42,744 bases of DNA. Origin: Folioceros fuciformis. Lineage: Eukaryota. Where the stretch lies: NCBI GenBank assembly GCA_049999805.1, contig JBNGIO010005894.1:1-42744 (forward strand), given 5' to 3'. Within the stretch, counting starts at the first letter, position 1; each line of letters opens with the position of its first letter. Positions 10,845-22,821 of the stretch are shown piece after piece. A program made the translations under genes and the position numbers. Below the pieces are notes generated by a model. The model had not been told where the DNA came from and did not search any database. It saw nothing but the letters and a program-made list of their open reading frames with translations.

Positions 10845-13800
10845 CTGCACGGTGAGTGCCATTTGTCGGAACTACTAATCACCAATTCTTTTAGAAATAA
10901 GAGCTGGAGCTCCTTGGGAGCCGAGTAATATTTATGGAAGCATGCGACGAGGCCAGCCATACCTTACCGTACATTTGTGTCCGAGAGCTCAATCAACCAC
11001 TAAGTTATCATGTTGGTCGGGCGGAGGCTTGTGGATCTGGTTGTTGTCTAAAAGCGTAGTGGCGGCATCCCGGAGATATCTTGTCCAACAGGTTTATTAT
11101 ACAGCTTAAAGTTATATGGCAGATGGCAAGCAGGTTCACCTATTTCCGATACAGTATGCAGGTGCTCTGATCGCTGGCGTCGCTCTTGACGTCCAGATGT
11201 TGGCGTCTGGCATCCCCGTTTGTGCAGCAGACACAGGCGATCCGTGGCAGGAGTCTGAGGGTTCTTCTAACTGTTGTAGTCGAGCGAAGTACTTGGGACT
11301 GCTAGGAGTTTGAGCTGACACCTGCAACTAAGATGTAATAGCCATCAAGCACTGAAGGCATCGAAGCCACCGCAGGATGTGGAGTTGGATCAGAGGACAA
11401 GTGTTCTGGTGAAAATATCTGAGAGCAGGCTGGCAACGTGGTTAGCCACACTACCAGTTTGAATTTATTGCCCACCGCAGTCACTTTGCCGGCGAATCTC
11501 ACTAGCGGCTCGAAATGGCCTAACAGTAGGCTAGGCATCGCTAATTCAATTTTGCCCAGTTCTGTTGAAGCTGGTCTCGCCACGGGCAGGCGGCGTGTAT
11601 TCTCCTTCCTATTTATCACCAGGTGTAGCGCTGTCCTCTGATCCCAGTGTACTCTTTAGTGTTTGGTTTTCTGAGAGTTGTACTCTGGTGTGCGAAGTGA
11701 GGAAGTTTGAATCTCGACGGTCCAGTTGTTGTCGAGTCGTGAACTTCGCCGGTTCTGCTCCTTGTACAAAGTCGTCGTGTAGGTTGAGGAGGATCTATGA
11801 TTCTCCAGTTAGTGTACAAGTGCTCGTCCAAAAAGATTGCCTGGAAGTACGTGGTGCAGAGATGTGACTAGTCTCTATAACTGACAATTAAATCAAAAGT
11901 TTTCGGCAGTTGCTTGACTGTTGCTCAGTGCATCTTCGGAATTTCCATGCACTTGACACTGTTGTATTCCTCACGCCGGGCTCAGCTGTCTCTGGTGCTG
12001 TAACAGTCAAGTGTCCTCGTCTGACTCCGGTTTGGCGCCCACAGCGTCGTTCACAGCGCAGGTCGTTTCCTCTTTTGTACCTTTCTCGTCCTTTGTATCG
12101 GATCCTTTCTCGCCAATTCCGCATGCCACTGTAAAGGTCTCATGTCTAAATCTGGGTGGGATTCTGCATCAACATTTTACTGTGTAGGATTCTCCGGAAG
12201 CCTTTCCCAGTGTAGTAGAAACCAAGGAACATCCCCGCTGTAACCAGCTTGTACAGGTGAAATATCTGTAGTCCATGCCCGTTGGCGGATCGTGCGCAGA
12301 CAAATCCAGCTTGCTGGCAAGCTTGAGTGTCGCAGGAAAAGCACCGACGCCATGTCTTGTGGCCCCGTAAACGAAACAAGCATACTAAATACAGACCTTG
12401 TATACATACACAAGGTCGTAGACGCTCGTCAAAGTTGCCAACTCCCGAGACCTCCTCGTGGTCTGGAGGCCTTGTTGCTGCGTGCGTGGGCCCGGCAAAG
12501 ATCAGGCGTTCACCTCCCCTGGTCTTGCCCAAGAGAACTTGCCTCCTCCTCTCTGCCGCATACAAGAGTTTAGGGTTGCTGGACTTCAGAAATTTGCCCA
12601 TGGAAATCAAAGTCAGTATAATGCCGTATACAACGATAGGAATCTTAGCAATGCTCGCGGTTTGCAGGGGAAAATCGTGAACTCCTTTCAAAACTGGCTA
12701 CAAACTTCTCAGTAAGAAAAATGATTCACAATTACTCCATGGGGTTCGGCTGATTCATTGCTCCGTGGTGCAAAGAAGTGAGGGGATCCATATGCCCGTC
12801 CCCGCAACTCTACACGAGTTGAGAATGGGAGGCATCTCTGACGAGGTCTTGATAATAAGCTGGTTGCCATTCAGCAAACAAAACTCTCTGCAAACCCACC
12901 GAAGGACGTATGAAAGGACAAGCGCGTGTTCTCGCTTCTCCCTTCCTAAGGGAGAAGCGAGAACAGCTTATATTTGGACTTGCTCTTTCCGAACATAACT
13001 AGTGCACAATTTCTGTCAATCTCAGAAGCCCCATCTGCGTTCCGGTTACTGAACAACGGAAACTACTGACAAGCAAGGAATGTACTTGAACTCCTAGTTT
13101 AGAAGGGGCATGCGATGGTGTTGCAGGTATTGAAGCATTGGAGCTCCACATCAGCCACGATACCTGCCTTACTTGTAGCTTGAAAGGAGAATACCATTTT
13201 GCAGGCTGAACCTCCTAGAACGGTCCGCATAGACTTCATACGATGACACAGTTTCAGACAATGGAGGAATACCTCCAGCTGCATTGTTGGACACGTACAG
13301 AGTGAAAGGCTGCTGCAATTCCTTAGCTTGACTTTTCGTTCCTGACCCCTGGAAACATCACAATGTCATGTCAGGCTTCTCTCAGAATCAAATTAGCAAC
13401 ACCTGGGCTGGGGTTCACCTATAATTACTGGTGCATTGGATGTACAAGCGAAGAGTCCACTCAGAGTACGATACAGAGCGCGACAGACAGAGGACACTGG
13501 ATGACGGTTGAGCAACAGAAGATCTTGTGACATCCAACGGTCCACTTCACCTCTAAAAAGCTGCTCAGGCTGCACATCATGGAGTACTTCAACTCCTGCT
13601 TCTGGCTCCTGGAACGCTCGACGTCGATTGGGTCAGGCGATGGAACCCTTTGACAAGCTAAAGAAGAGCAGGGAAGCAACTCAGCCTGCTCTACTTATTT
13701 CAAGACGAGCGCGCTCACACGCAGAACTAATTCGATGGCCTGCTTGAGCAATGAGCATGTTCAGCGGGAGCGGCATCGACTGGTTCCATTTGCCTCAAAT

Positions 13801-15355
13801 CGTCCCCCAGGCGATACTTCTAGGCACGGGGCCATCCGCCTGTTCTTCTACCAGTTTTGTCGCTTGTGTTGCAAGTTGCGCAGGCAGTAGCGGTGCCGTG
13901 GTTCGTGATGAACAGGACCGGACAGCGCACACACAGGACTCACACCCATTCAACGGCTCGCAGGCTCGTCGCAGACGCAGCAGATGCAGAGGATGGCGGA
14001 GGGAGCTGAAAGGGACTTGACGACAAATGTGGAGCGAGCTGGACACTCTGGCCGATAATTCGTCCTCACCATGCACGGCACTCAAGTCACGAGGCACGAC
14101 GTGTGTGCACCAGCCTCATTTGCACTGTCTCTGTCGAGCTCCATTCCGACGTTTCTCCGTCACTCGAAGGACGGTATGGCAGCTATCGCTGACCTCATTG
14201 CAAGGCTCTAAAGCTCCCATTACACTTTACAGTGAACTACTTCTCGGCTGGAGTAACGGCTTTTGCTGCTACGGGCTGACTTCCGCTGTATTTTAGATCT
14301 TCTGCACTTTTGGAATCCACACGGAGTAGTAGCATGATCGAGAAGCTTGCTGTTGATCCTTTTGCCTGATGCTAGTCCACTCCTCCACCGCAGTGCAACC
14401 TTATCTACAAATGCGAGGTTAAGGAAGGTGGGACTGGTCAATAGCCCGGCTCGGCATCGGCTGATAGGATCACGAGATGCATTTCAAGTCCTAGCTGCAG
14501 ATATCGCTCTTTTACCAGGAAGGTCAAGCGAAAAGTTTGCAGAGCAAACTAAGCCCACGACGACTGGGCTTGCAGGGTCTCTATCTTGCACGATGGTTCC
14601 AAGATGCAAAAAGCGCAGTGCTCATGGCCTGGTAGAAGATGGTGAAACGTCGAAACGTCGGTGACTTAAGACCTGGACTTCGCGCCTGGCAATTGAAGCA
14701 CGCACGTCGCCGGTAGATACCCATAGCTTTCTCTCCAAAGAACTCGTGAGATAACCACAGGTGGCCTCCTATGGAGCAACTGAATGTGTGGTTGGAGCTC
14801 CGGCGGCTCAGGCTGCCGTAGACCACAGCTCTCGTCGGCTTGAGGCGTTTCAAAGCGTTGTAGCCTTACCAACCATGCGGGGTCTTTGATGGTTCCGAGC
14901 GTCTTCTGCTTGGAATCAGCACTGCGTGGTCAGTGTCCTCTGCAGAATGTCCTAACATATGCTCCGGATCAAGCCTCCCTGGTCTGTGACTCCACTACAA
15001 CACCCTTTCACATGTAGTCCAGACTTGAAGTTTGAGGTCTCTCTGGTTCACTTCTGCAAATTAAGCTTGGCTTGTAGTTCTAAGGCTGCAGAACCTCCCG
15101 GCGACACAAGGCTCTCGCGGCCACGCTCTAAACATTGTCAAACCCAAGCTGCGGAGGCATCCACATATGGCCTCCCTCTTTTGTGTAAGGAAAGTCTGTT
15201 TAACCACTGCCTGTACTTCAAAATGTTGCAACCTCGCAAGCATCGTGACTCCAGCTCGCAATCACGCTTCCAAGGTGAGTGCTAGCCTAGCCTCGCATTC
15301 ACTCCCCTTCAGCTCCCTTTCAGTGTGCAGAAGCTCCGCAGTCACAATGTCAGCA

Positions 15356-15616
15356 ATGGGAGCGTGCCTGCGACGCCCCCGCGTGGCTCCCCGCGCTGCA
15401 GCCGAGCAGGAGCAGCTGCAGCAGCCATCCAACCCCGAAGATCCACCTTCATCCAATTCCAAGCTGCAGCAGGCCAAATCGAACGCCGGCAACACCGCCA
15501 AATCGAGCGACACTTGCAAGCAGTGGAACAAGATGAAGAATTCAAGGCCTCCCAGCGCCACTTTCGCGGACGTCATCCACTACAGCTCCCACCGCGGATC
15601 GCTACCACGCCTGTGA
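15356..15616 (+). CDS. Uncharacterised 86-aa microprotein (MGACL...ATFADVIHYSSHRGSLPRL); alternative start at 15347
   Basis: MGxC N-terminus, low-complexity Q/S/P middle, and a C-terminal motif shared with 5004-5222(-). Confidence 0.7.
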   Translation: MGACLRRPRVAPRAAAEQEQLQQPSNPEDPPSSNSKLQQAKSNAGNTAKSSDTCKQWNKMKNSRPPSATFADVIHYSSHRGSLPRL

Positions 15617-16641
15617 ACCTCAGCCAGAGATGAAGCTCGTCTTGAGCTTCGCAGTCTTGTCGTTGATGCAGTAGCTACTCGATGGCTTCTAGCGAATTGA
15701 TAGAAGGAGAAGTGAAGAGGTACATGCTCTCAAGACGGAGAAGTCTGAGCAAGAGAAGCAGAGGAAGAAGGAGAATATTGAGGCGAAAAAGAAGAAATTC
15801 ATCTTGATGAATTTGGTCGGAACTGCTGTAGCTGTAGCAGCTGCAGCAGCTGAAGCTATGGCTGTTGCGATGAATAGAGCCTGAGGCACAAAATTGAAGC
15901 TTGTTCACAACAGATTCGTCAATTTGCAAATGACTGACTCCTTTCCTCCACCATCGCACTGAGACTTGATGCTCAAGATCTAGAATCCACTGTTTGCAGC
16001 GTACCAGAGAGGAAAGCGCGCGGCGACGAAGCAGACCTAGTTTCCTGCATCGCGAACACGGAATTGGCCGACAAGGACAAGGCAGAGGACATGGAAGGTG
16101 GAGCTCGGTGGCCACAATTTTGGAACCCTAGGCCAGCGTTTGTCGTGGCCTCGGGGTTTGCGTAGGAAGCCGGAGCCGTGGGACAGCAAGAAACAAGGGA
16201 ATGACGGGCCTTTCCTAGCGCTGGGCGACAACGGGTGGAAGGGCAGCGATTCGGGAAGTGGGAAGTGACCTCGCGTCTCGCTCGCAGTTAGCACCAACCC
16301 CTTGTTTGGAGGCCAACAAACAAGGGAGTCAGGCGTACCAAACCTACGGGGGTGAGGTGTGCGGGGTCCTTGAGCGAGGAATGCAGCGGAGGCCGGGACA
16401 CTGCACTGGTCAGCGGCCTCGATGCATCCGCGGCGACAGGCTGCTTTGTCGCCAGCCCCGTGGGTCCGCCCAAGGATTAAGGCGCCTGGGAGCAGGCAGG
16501 CAGACCAGCAATTGCAACAGCCTCGACGTAGAGCTGGAGCTCACGTCTCGAACCGGACTACCTACGTGCCGTGCCACATAGCCCCACTTCCGCCTACACT
16601 CGCTGTTCTCGGGCATCACTGAGGTCATTCGGGCAGCAGCC

Positions 16642-18454
16642 ATGGCCGCGGCCCTCGCAAGGATCGCTGGGTGTGCGCTCGAGCTGCAGGATAAGCCACA
16701 GCCGCAGGCGCAGTACTGGGTGCAGAGAGCGAGCTGGGGGAAGAAGGCGATGACGGTGAAATGTGCCGGTGGCGGGAACGTGAACGGCGCGGCTGCGGTG
16801 CGGGTGGAGGAGCAGAGCATCCCAATACCGCTCCCTCTCCCGCTTCCTTTGCCCTTGCCGCTGCCGATGCAGCTCAATCCCAGCCCTGGAGCGGAATTGA
16901 CACCTCTGAAGGAGAAGGAGATGCAGGGTGAGGTGCCCAGGTCGGGGATCAGCGACGTGGATGTGGATGTTCTCAACCATCTCCGGCATGGTCGCCTTGT
17001 GGAGGCCAATGCCGTCTACCGCCAGACGTTCGTGGTGCGCTCGTACGAGGTCGGCGCCGACAAGACGGTCTCCATCGACGCCCTCAACAACCTCTTCCAA
17101 GTGCGCAAGCCAGGACTCCTTTCGGATCCCCTGTCTGATGCTTCCTTGAGAAGTCTCAGACCTGGCTCACGAATTCCACGGTGTTTGGGAACGTTTGCAG
17201 GATGTAGCGCTGAATCATGTCTGGGTGTCGGGGCTGGCCGGGGACGGATTCGGAGCCACCCACGCGATGGTGCGGGGGCAGCTGATTTGGGTCGTGACGC
17301 GCATGCATGTGCAGGTGGACAGATACCCTGCCTGGTAATCATCCTCCCCTGTTGCACATGCATCCAACTCTGCTCACCATCTGCCCGCGAATGGAGTCGA
17401 TTCACATCCTGTGCCTACCTGCGCCATGTGTGCGATCAGGGGAGACGTGATAGAGATCGATTCTTGGGTCGGAGCGTCGGGGAAGAACGGGATGCGCAGA
17501 GACTGGCTCGTCAGGGACTACAAAGCGGGCCAAATTCTTGCCCGGGCCACCAGGTGGGTTTCACGGAATTCAATTCCAATCCCTTTGCATACACTCTAGC
17601 GAACATTGCTGTGATCGCCGGGTTCAGACTGAGTGAACGACTGAGACACAATTCTCCTGCGCAGCACGTGGGTGATGATGAACAAGGTGACTCGAAGGCT
17701 GTCCAAGATGCCGCAGGATGTGCGCGACGAGATTTCTCCATGGTTCATCGACCGGACGGCGATGGAGGAGCAGGCAGCCGCGGGAAGCAAGATCTCCAAG
17801 CTGGACGACGCGTCCGCGGGTTGCATCCGGTCGAACCTCACGGTACGGACGGATTTCTTTTCGGTTGCCGGTAACCAGCCGCATCCTGAGCTGCTGCACG
17901 AATTGCTCATCACTGTTTCTGTTGCGCTTGTGCTGCAATTTCAGCCGAAGCGAAGCGACTTGGACATGAATCAGCACGTCAACAACGTCAAGTACATCGG
18001 CTGGATGATGGAGGTACTGTATCTCGCACAAGCGTCCGTGGAGGGCGGTTGATTTTGTTGTTGGGAAAGGGTGGTTGTCATTACTTACAAACGCGCATAC
18101 GCGCAGAGTCTTCCGGCTCCATTGATGGAGTCCCATGAGCTGGCGACCATCATTCTGGAGTACAGAAAGGAGTGTGGGCAGCGAGACACTGTTCAAGCTC
18201 TGAGCAGCCTGGAAGCTTGGGATGAGGATGACGATGCCGAGGCCTGCACCTTTAGCCCAGTACAGCATGACGAGCTGGGTTCTTGCAACAGGGACTGTAC
18301 ATGCGACGGGCCTCAAGCCTGCGAGGATGCCTGCACTCCCTCGAACCAGACTTACACCCATCTCATCAGGACTGAGGCGGACAGCTCCGAAATTCTTAGA
18401 GGCAGGACTATTTGGAGAAGAAAACAACCCCAATTGCACCCTCCTGCACATTGA
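16642..18454 (+). CDS. FATB: Plastid acyl-ACP thioesterase, FatB-like; exons 16642-17100, 17201-17334, 17440-17553, 17665-17842, 17945-18013, 18107-18454
   Basis: YRQTFVVRSYEVGADKT, GDGFGAT, LIWVVTRM, GKNGMRRDW, ATSTWVMMN, DLDMNQHVNNVKYIGW, LEYRKEC and RGRTIWR; canonical GT-AG junctions. Confidence 0.93.
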
Positions 18455-18868
18455 TCACACCACCCACCATTATGATTACGGGTTGGGGTTGGAGTTGAAG
18501 TGGCGCAACACCACCACCAGAACCACGTAGGCAGTAGCTACCCCGTCCGTGACTGTAGCATTGTACATACAGAGCACCTGTTGCCGTGCACACAGCACGT
18601 ATAGTCTCCATACGTCAATCGGAGTCCTTGATCTGCCCGCATCCTTGTTGGTAATCTGGGATCTCATGATCAGTTAGGTGGAACTGGAAAGTAAGTGGAT
18701 ACCTGGTAGGTGCCCGGAGCCGGGTCTAGTGCAGAGACAGTCCAGGAATGTTCACACTGTCCACATGGAAGTCCCTGTTCACATGCTGTCCCTGTACTAC
18801 GCCCATTTCGCAGGCTATGGAAGGGTGCCAGGTGATGATATGCAGCCTGAAACCCCTTCCAGAAACTT

Positions 18869-21800
18869 TCAGTCCTTCACCAACCTCTTCACGCTTGTAC
18901 GAGTACCTTGCTTCGAGTTTCTTCTCGCATGGTGCCGACCAGCTCCAGCTGGAGTGGCACGTGATTTCCGACGACCGCAGGGAAGAGTCTGGAATGTGCA
19001 CGATTTGTCTAGTGGAGTCTCGGGTTCGGGTAGCACCTGGGGTGGAGCTTCGTTTGGTCCCTCTGTGGTGGCGTTGCTGTCGAACCGGGATATTCGTTGC
19101 GTAAGACCTGTACAGGCGAGGAAGCCAGCTATGTCAGTGCTACTTCTCCACCATGGTTTGTCAGGTGGGCATCCTGCTCACCTGGTGGTATGTCTGAGAG
19201 AAAGCGCGATGCTATCTGTTGCTGTCCTCCGTCCATCAGTACATGCGTTACCTAATACACGGCCACGGAGAGGCTTGATGGGTATGCATCGTAGCAGGGA
19301 GTGAAGACCTGGAAAAGGGAAAGAGGGGAACAGGAGCAAGGTGACAGCTTTCACACCATAAAGAACCGTCTTGCTCGTGTCAAAGCTACATAGAATAGTC
19401 TCCTCTGCAGAGGTAAGCGCCATTGTATTGTAAGCAACCAGGACATCAACAACGTTTCCTCATCTGTGTTATCTCGAGGAACTTACCTCCTCTTCAAGTT
19501 CCTCTTCGATTTGAGATAAAGGGGACCTGTCTTCACAGTCCTCACAAGGAACTGGAGCACCTGGGTCCTTCTGTTCAGCTTCTTGGGGTAATTGTGGACT
19601 CTTTCCGAGTTGAGCAAAACTTGTGGAGTCAACAACTGGCAGGACTCCTTCGTTTGCTCGGACGAGGATGACTGAAGTCCATTCCAGACCTTTGGCCTAA
19701 AGGGAAACAAGAAATCGATTATGCCCTTGAGGCTGATTCCCAAATCAGACCGCAGCTGCAGTCATGTTGCATGCCTGCTCCTGCAAAACACTTGCCTGAT
19801 GAATCGTGGATAACGTCACTACGTCATCTCGGGCCTGGGAATCTCCAGAAGGTCCTGTGGCTTCCTTGTGGCTTTGATTAATGTTTGGATCACTGAGCTC
19901 ACCAAGTTCCTGCTCAAAGCTCCTCAGGGCAACATTGTCCAAGAAAGCCCTGAGCTTGAGGACGACAGTTTCCCAAACCTGATTGGATGCGCTACCAGAG
20001 GATGCGTCAAGAGATGCGAGAGTCACCACCTTGCTTGCTTTCCTGTGGCCCTTCTGCTTGCTGCCATATCGATTTTCACCTACATCCATGCCGAAGAATT
20101 CTGGTCAATTCTTGCACATGCATCTGCCTTTGGGATACAAATTTACACAGCAGTTATTTCAGATTAACAAGGTGCTTCCAGAACAGAGACTCCTACCATT
20201 CCTGTGAAGGGATGACAAGGAAGCCTGATAGTCTTTCTCAAATGAAGCAGCTTCTGTTAGGAGCGCTTTGATCCCTGCGAACTCAAAGTTGCCGGCAACT
20301 TGGCCTGGAATTTCTCCTGGTTCTCCGCCAGGGCCGCCTTTCAATCGCTTTGGTTGATTGCCATGCCTCAGGCTCTCCTCCGTCTTTAACTTAGTGGTGT
20401 GACCTACATCTCTGCATGGACCAACTTGTTGCACGACATTCATCACCAGGTCCCGTAATCCCATAGACTTCAGATCATCCTTGGCAGCTGCTACAACCTT
20501 GAGCAACATGTGCAAGCCACCCAGCGACTTGTCTTGCGAATCCGAATTTCTTTTGCTAACCTCAGCTGAAGCGAAACCGGAAAGCTCCTTACACAGCAGA
20601 AGGCCAAGAAGGTGAGAGCGGGTGCATCGCACCGCCTGCATTGCAGGCATTCTGTGAGTAGCCATAAGGTGGGAGATGCAGGCAGAAACTGCAGGACTGG
20701 GATTCTGACAGAACAGGCCATATAGCCGATGGCATGCGAGGTCATCAGATTCGTTGACAACAAGCCGCAATACTGCCACGACATCATCGAAGACTCGCCC
20801 TTTACCGTCACTTGTTCTAGCGCCAGCTGCAGCACTGCCAAGAAATACTTTCCCGTCAACCTGCGTAAGAGAGCAGCCTTTGAACTCACAAGGAATGTCC
20901 CTAGCTCTCAACTGATGAAGCACCTCCACTCCCACTCGATGCACTCGATAAAGCACAGCCATGTCTTGGTACATGATGCCTTGCTTGTGCAATGCACGTA
21001 TTTGATCAGCCACAGCAACCGCCTCACAGTGCTCGTTACGGCATTCACAGATCGTGAGAAGAGGCCCTGGTGGCGACAAAGTCCTGATGGACTTGGGCAT
21101 CCTGTTCTTGTTCCTGACTATCAGGCGTCGTGCAGCTGCAATGATTGCACCCGTACTTCTGAAATTCTGCTCCAGCTTCACAGTGGTCAAATTGGAAAAG
21201 ACGTCTTCACAAGCTAGGAAGTTCGAATACCCAGCAGCCCCCCTCCAGGAGTAGATTTGCTGGTCATCATCTCCCACAATAGTCAGGCATTTGTGACTGC
21301 TGCAAAGTAGTTTCAATAGCTCAAACTGGTCGGAGTCAGTGTCCTGAAACTCATCAACTGCGTTACAAACAATGACGAGACATCAGTGATGACTGAAAGC
21401 ATAACCACAATCCGTGGGAAGACTGCAGCAGAGGATACAGAAGCTGATCATACCCAAAACATAACGAGCACGTACTTCTGGGCGCTGCAGTGTTTCAGGA
21501 TGGTCTTTAAATACGTTGATAGCATGCCTGGTTCCCACCAGACACAGACCAGGAAATGTGAGACTACTTGTAGAATACAACTTTGCAGAGCAGTAGAATG
21601 TGAGGGGACTTCAGCTCACCCGACCTAATGAAAGCGTTGAAATCAACACCGTTGGCATCTTGCAAGACCCGGCAGTACTGGTGATATACCCAGCTGAAGA
21701 TATTATCGTCGTCGGTTAGCGGAGCTTCATCAATAAGGGCACAGCTGTTTTTCTGTCTCTCGAGTTTCAAAATTCGTTGAAGTATCTTCCTCGCCTCCAA

Positions 21801-22821
21801 TCTGAATATAGCTTTCTGCTCTGGTGTACACATCGACACGCCCTGTTTAACAGCGACAGAAGGTGACCATCAAACTATGCCAGAGACAACCGTCTAGTCG
21901 AAACGGGGATCTTCCATTGATTTGTCACACCTTGACACCACCTAGTCAGTACCTCAGCTCTCCCCTGATCCTGCTTGCCAAGAAACCAGTTCTGAACCAG
22001 CTCTTGTAATACTTCCATCTGCAGTGCAGAAAAGCGACGAAGTGTTAGTCTGATGCCGCCTAAACCAAGAGTGTTGAGAAAATAGTAGAGGACTGACCTG
22101 CATCTTCGGCGTAAAGATAACGAAGTCAGGACACAACCCAGCTTGAACAGGGAAAGCCCGGAGAACGGAGAGGCAAAATGAGTGAAACGTTCCGACCCTG
22201 ATGGCAGCCAGACTGCCAAATCCATTACCCCTTCCATCCTTCAGGGTCCTTGCAACAGAGTGTACTCTATAGCGAAGGTCATTTCCTGCTTTTCGAGTAA
22301 ACTGCAAGCAACAAGCAGCACAGTTCATGATCCAAACACCTTCACGCCAAAAAAAAAAAAATTACAATCCACCACACCCAGGCTTGTGGTACCTGACAAC
22401 ATACCGTCAAAGCTAGAATGTCCGCGGGATCCACACCCTGCCATCAGCAACAATTCGTCATTCCAGCTCACATCCAGTTCCAAAAGCTACCACAGAGTCA
22501 TGCAAGTTCAGACCACCTGGGAGATGAGATGCAAAATCCGATGACAAAGAACTAGCGTCTTCCCAGATCCCTGCGAAGCAACGCAATTTGCCCAGAACTT
22601 ATCCAGTGAGCCCCAGAATGTCTGGAGGTGGGAACGACAATGTGATTGAATTGACCCTCATTGTTCCAAAATGTTCCACTCACAGCTGCAGCAAGAATGA
22701 TCAGGGGATGATTGATGGGTGAAGTTACAGCGAGCTTCTGAGGTTGGCTTAACTCGACATACACACCAATCTGGTCACCGCGCTGCGCCACAGGCTCTTG
22801 CAAGGAGGCTGCCATCCGCAT
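18869..22821 (-). CDS. SF1A UvrD/PcrA/Rep(SRS2)-type ATP-dependent DNA helicase, multi-exon; start and end approximate
   Basis: Spliced motifs: LSQPQKLAV (Q), AAA|GSGKT (I), FTRKA (Ia), VGTFHSFC, VDEFQD (II), VGDDDQQIYSWRGA (III), LEQNFRST (IV), TLSTIHQ|AKGLEW (V), EEE|RRLFYVALTRAR (VI), SRFLSDIP. Confidence 0.9.

Noticed and set aside
12948-12969. Hairpin arm as miR529/miR156
   Set aside because: Only loose purine-rich resemblance with too many mismatches.
15681-15883. Lys/Glu- or Arg-rich short frames after the PRL microprotein
   Set aside because: Purine-rich low-complexity DNA; no convincing start or splice link and no homology recognised.
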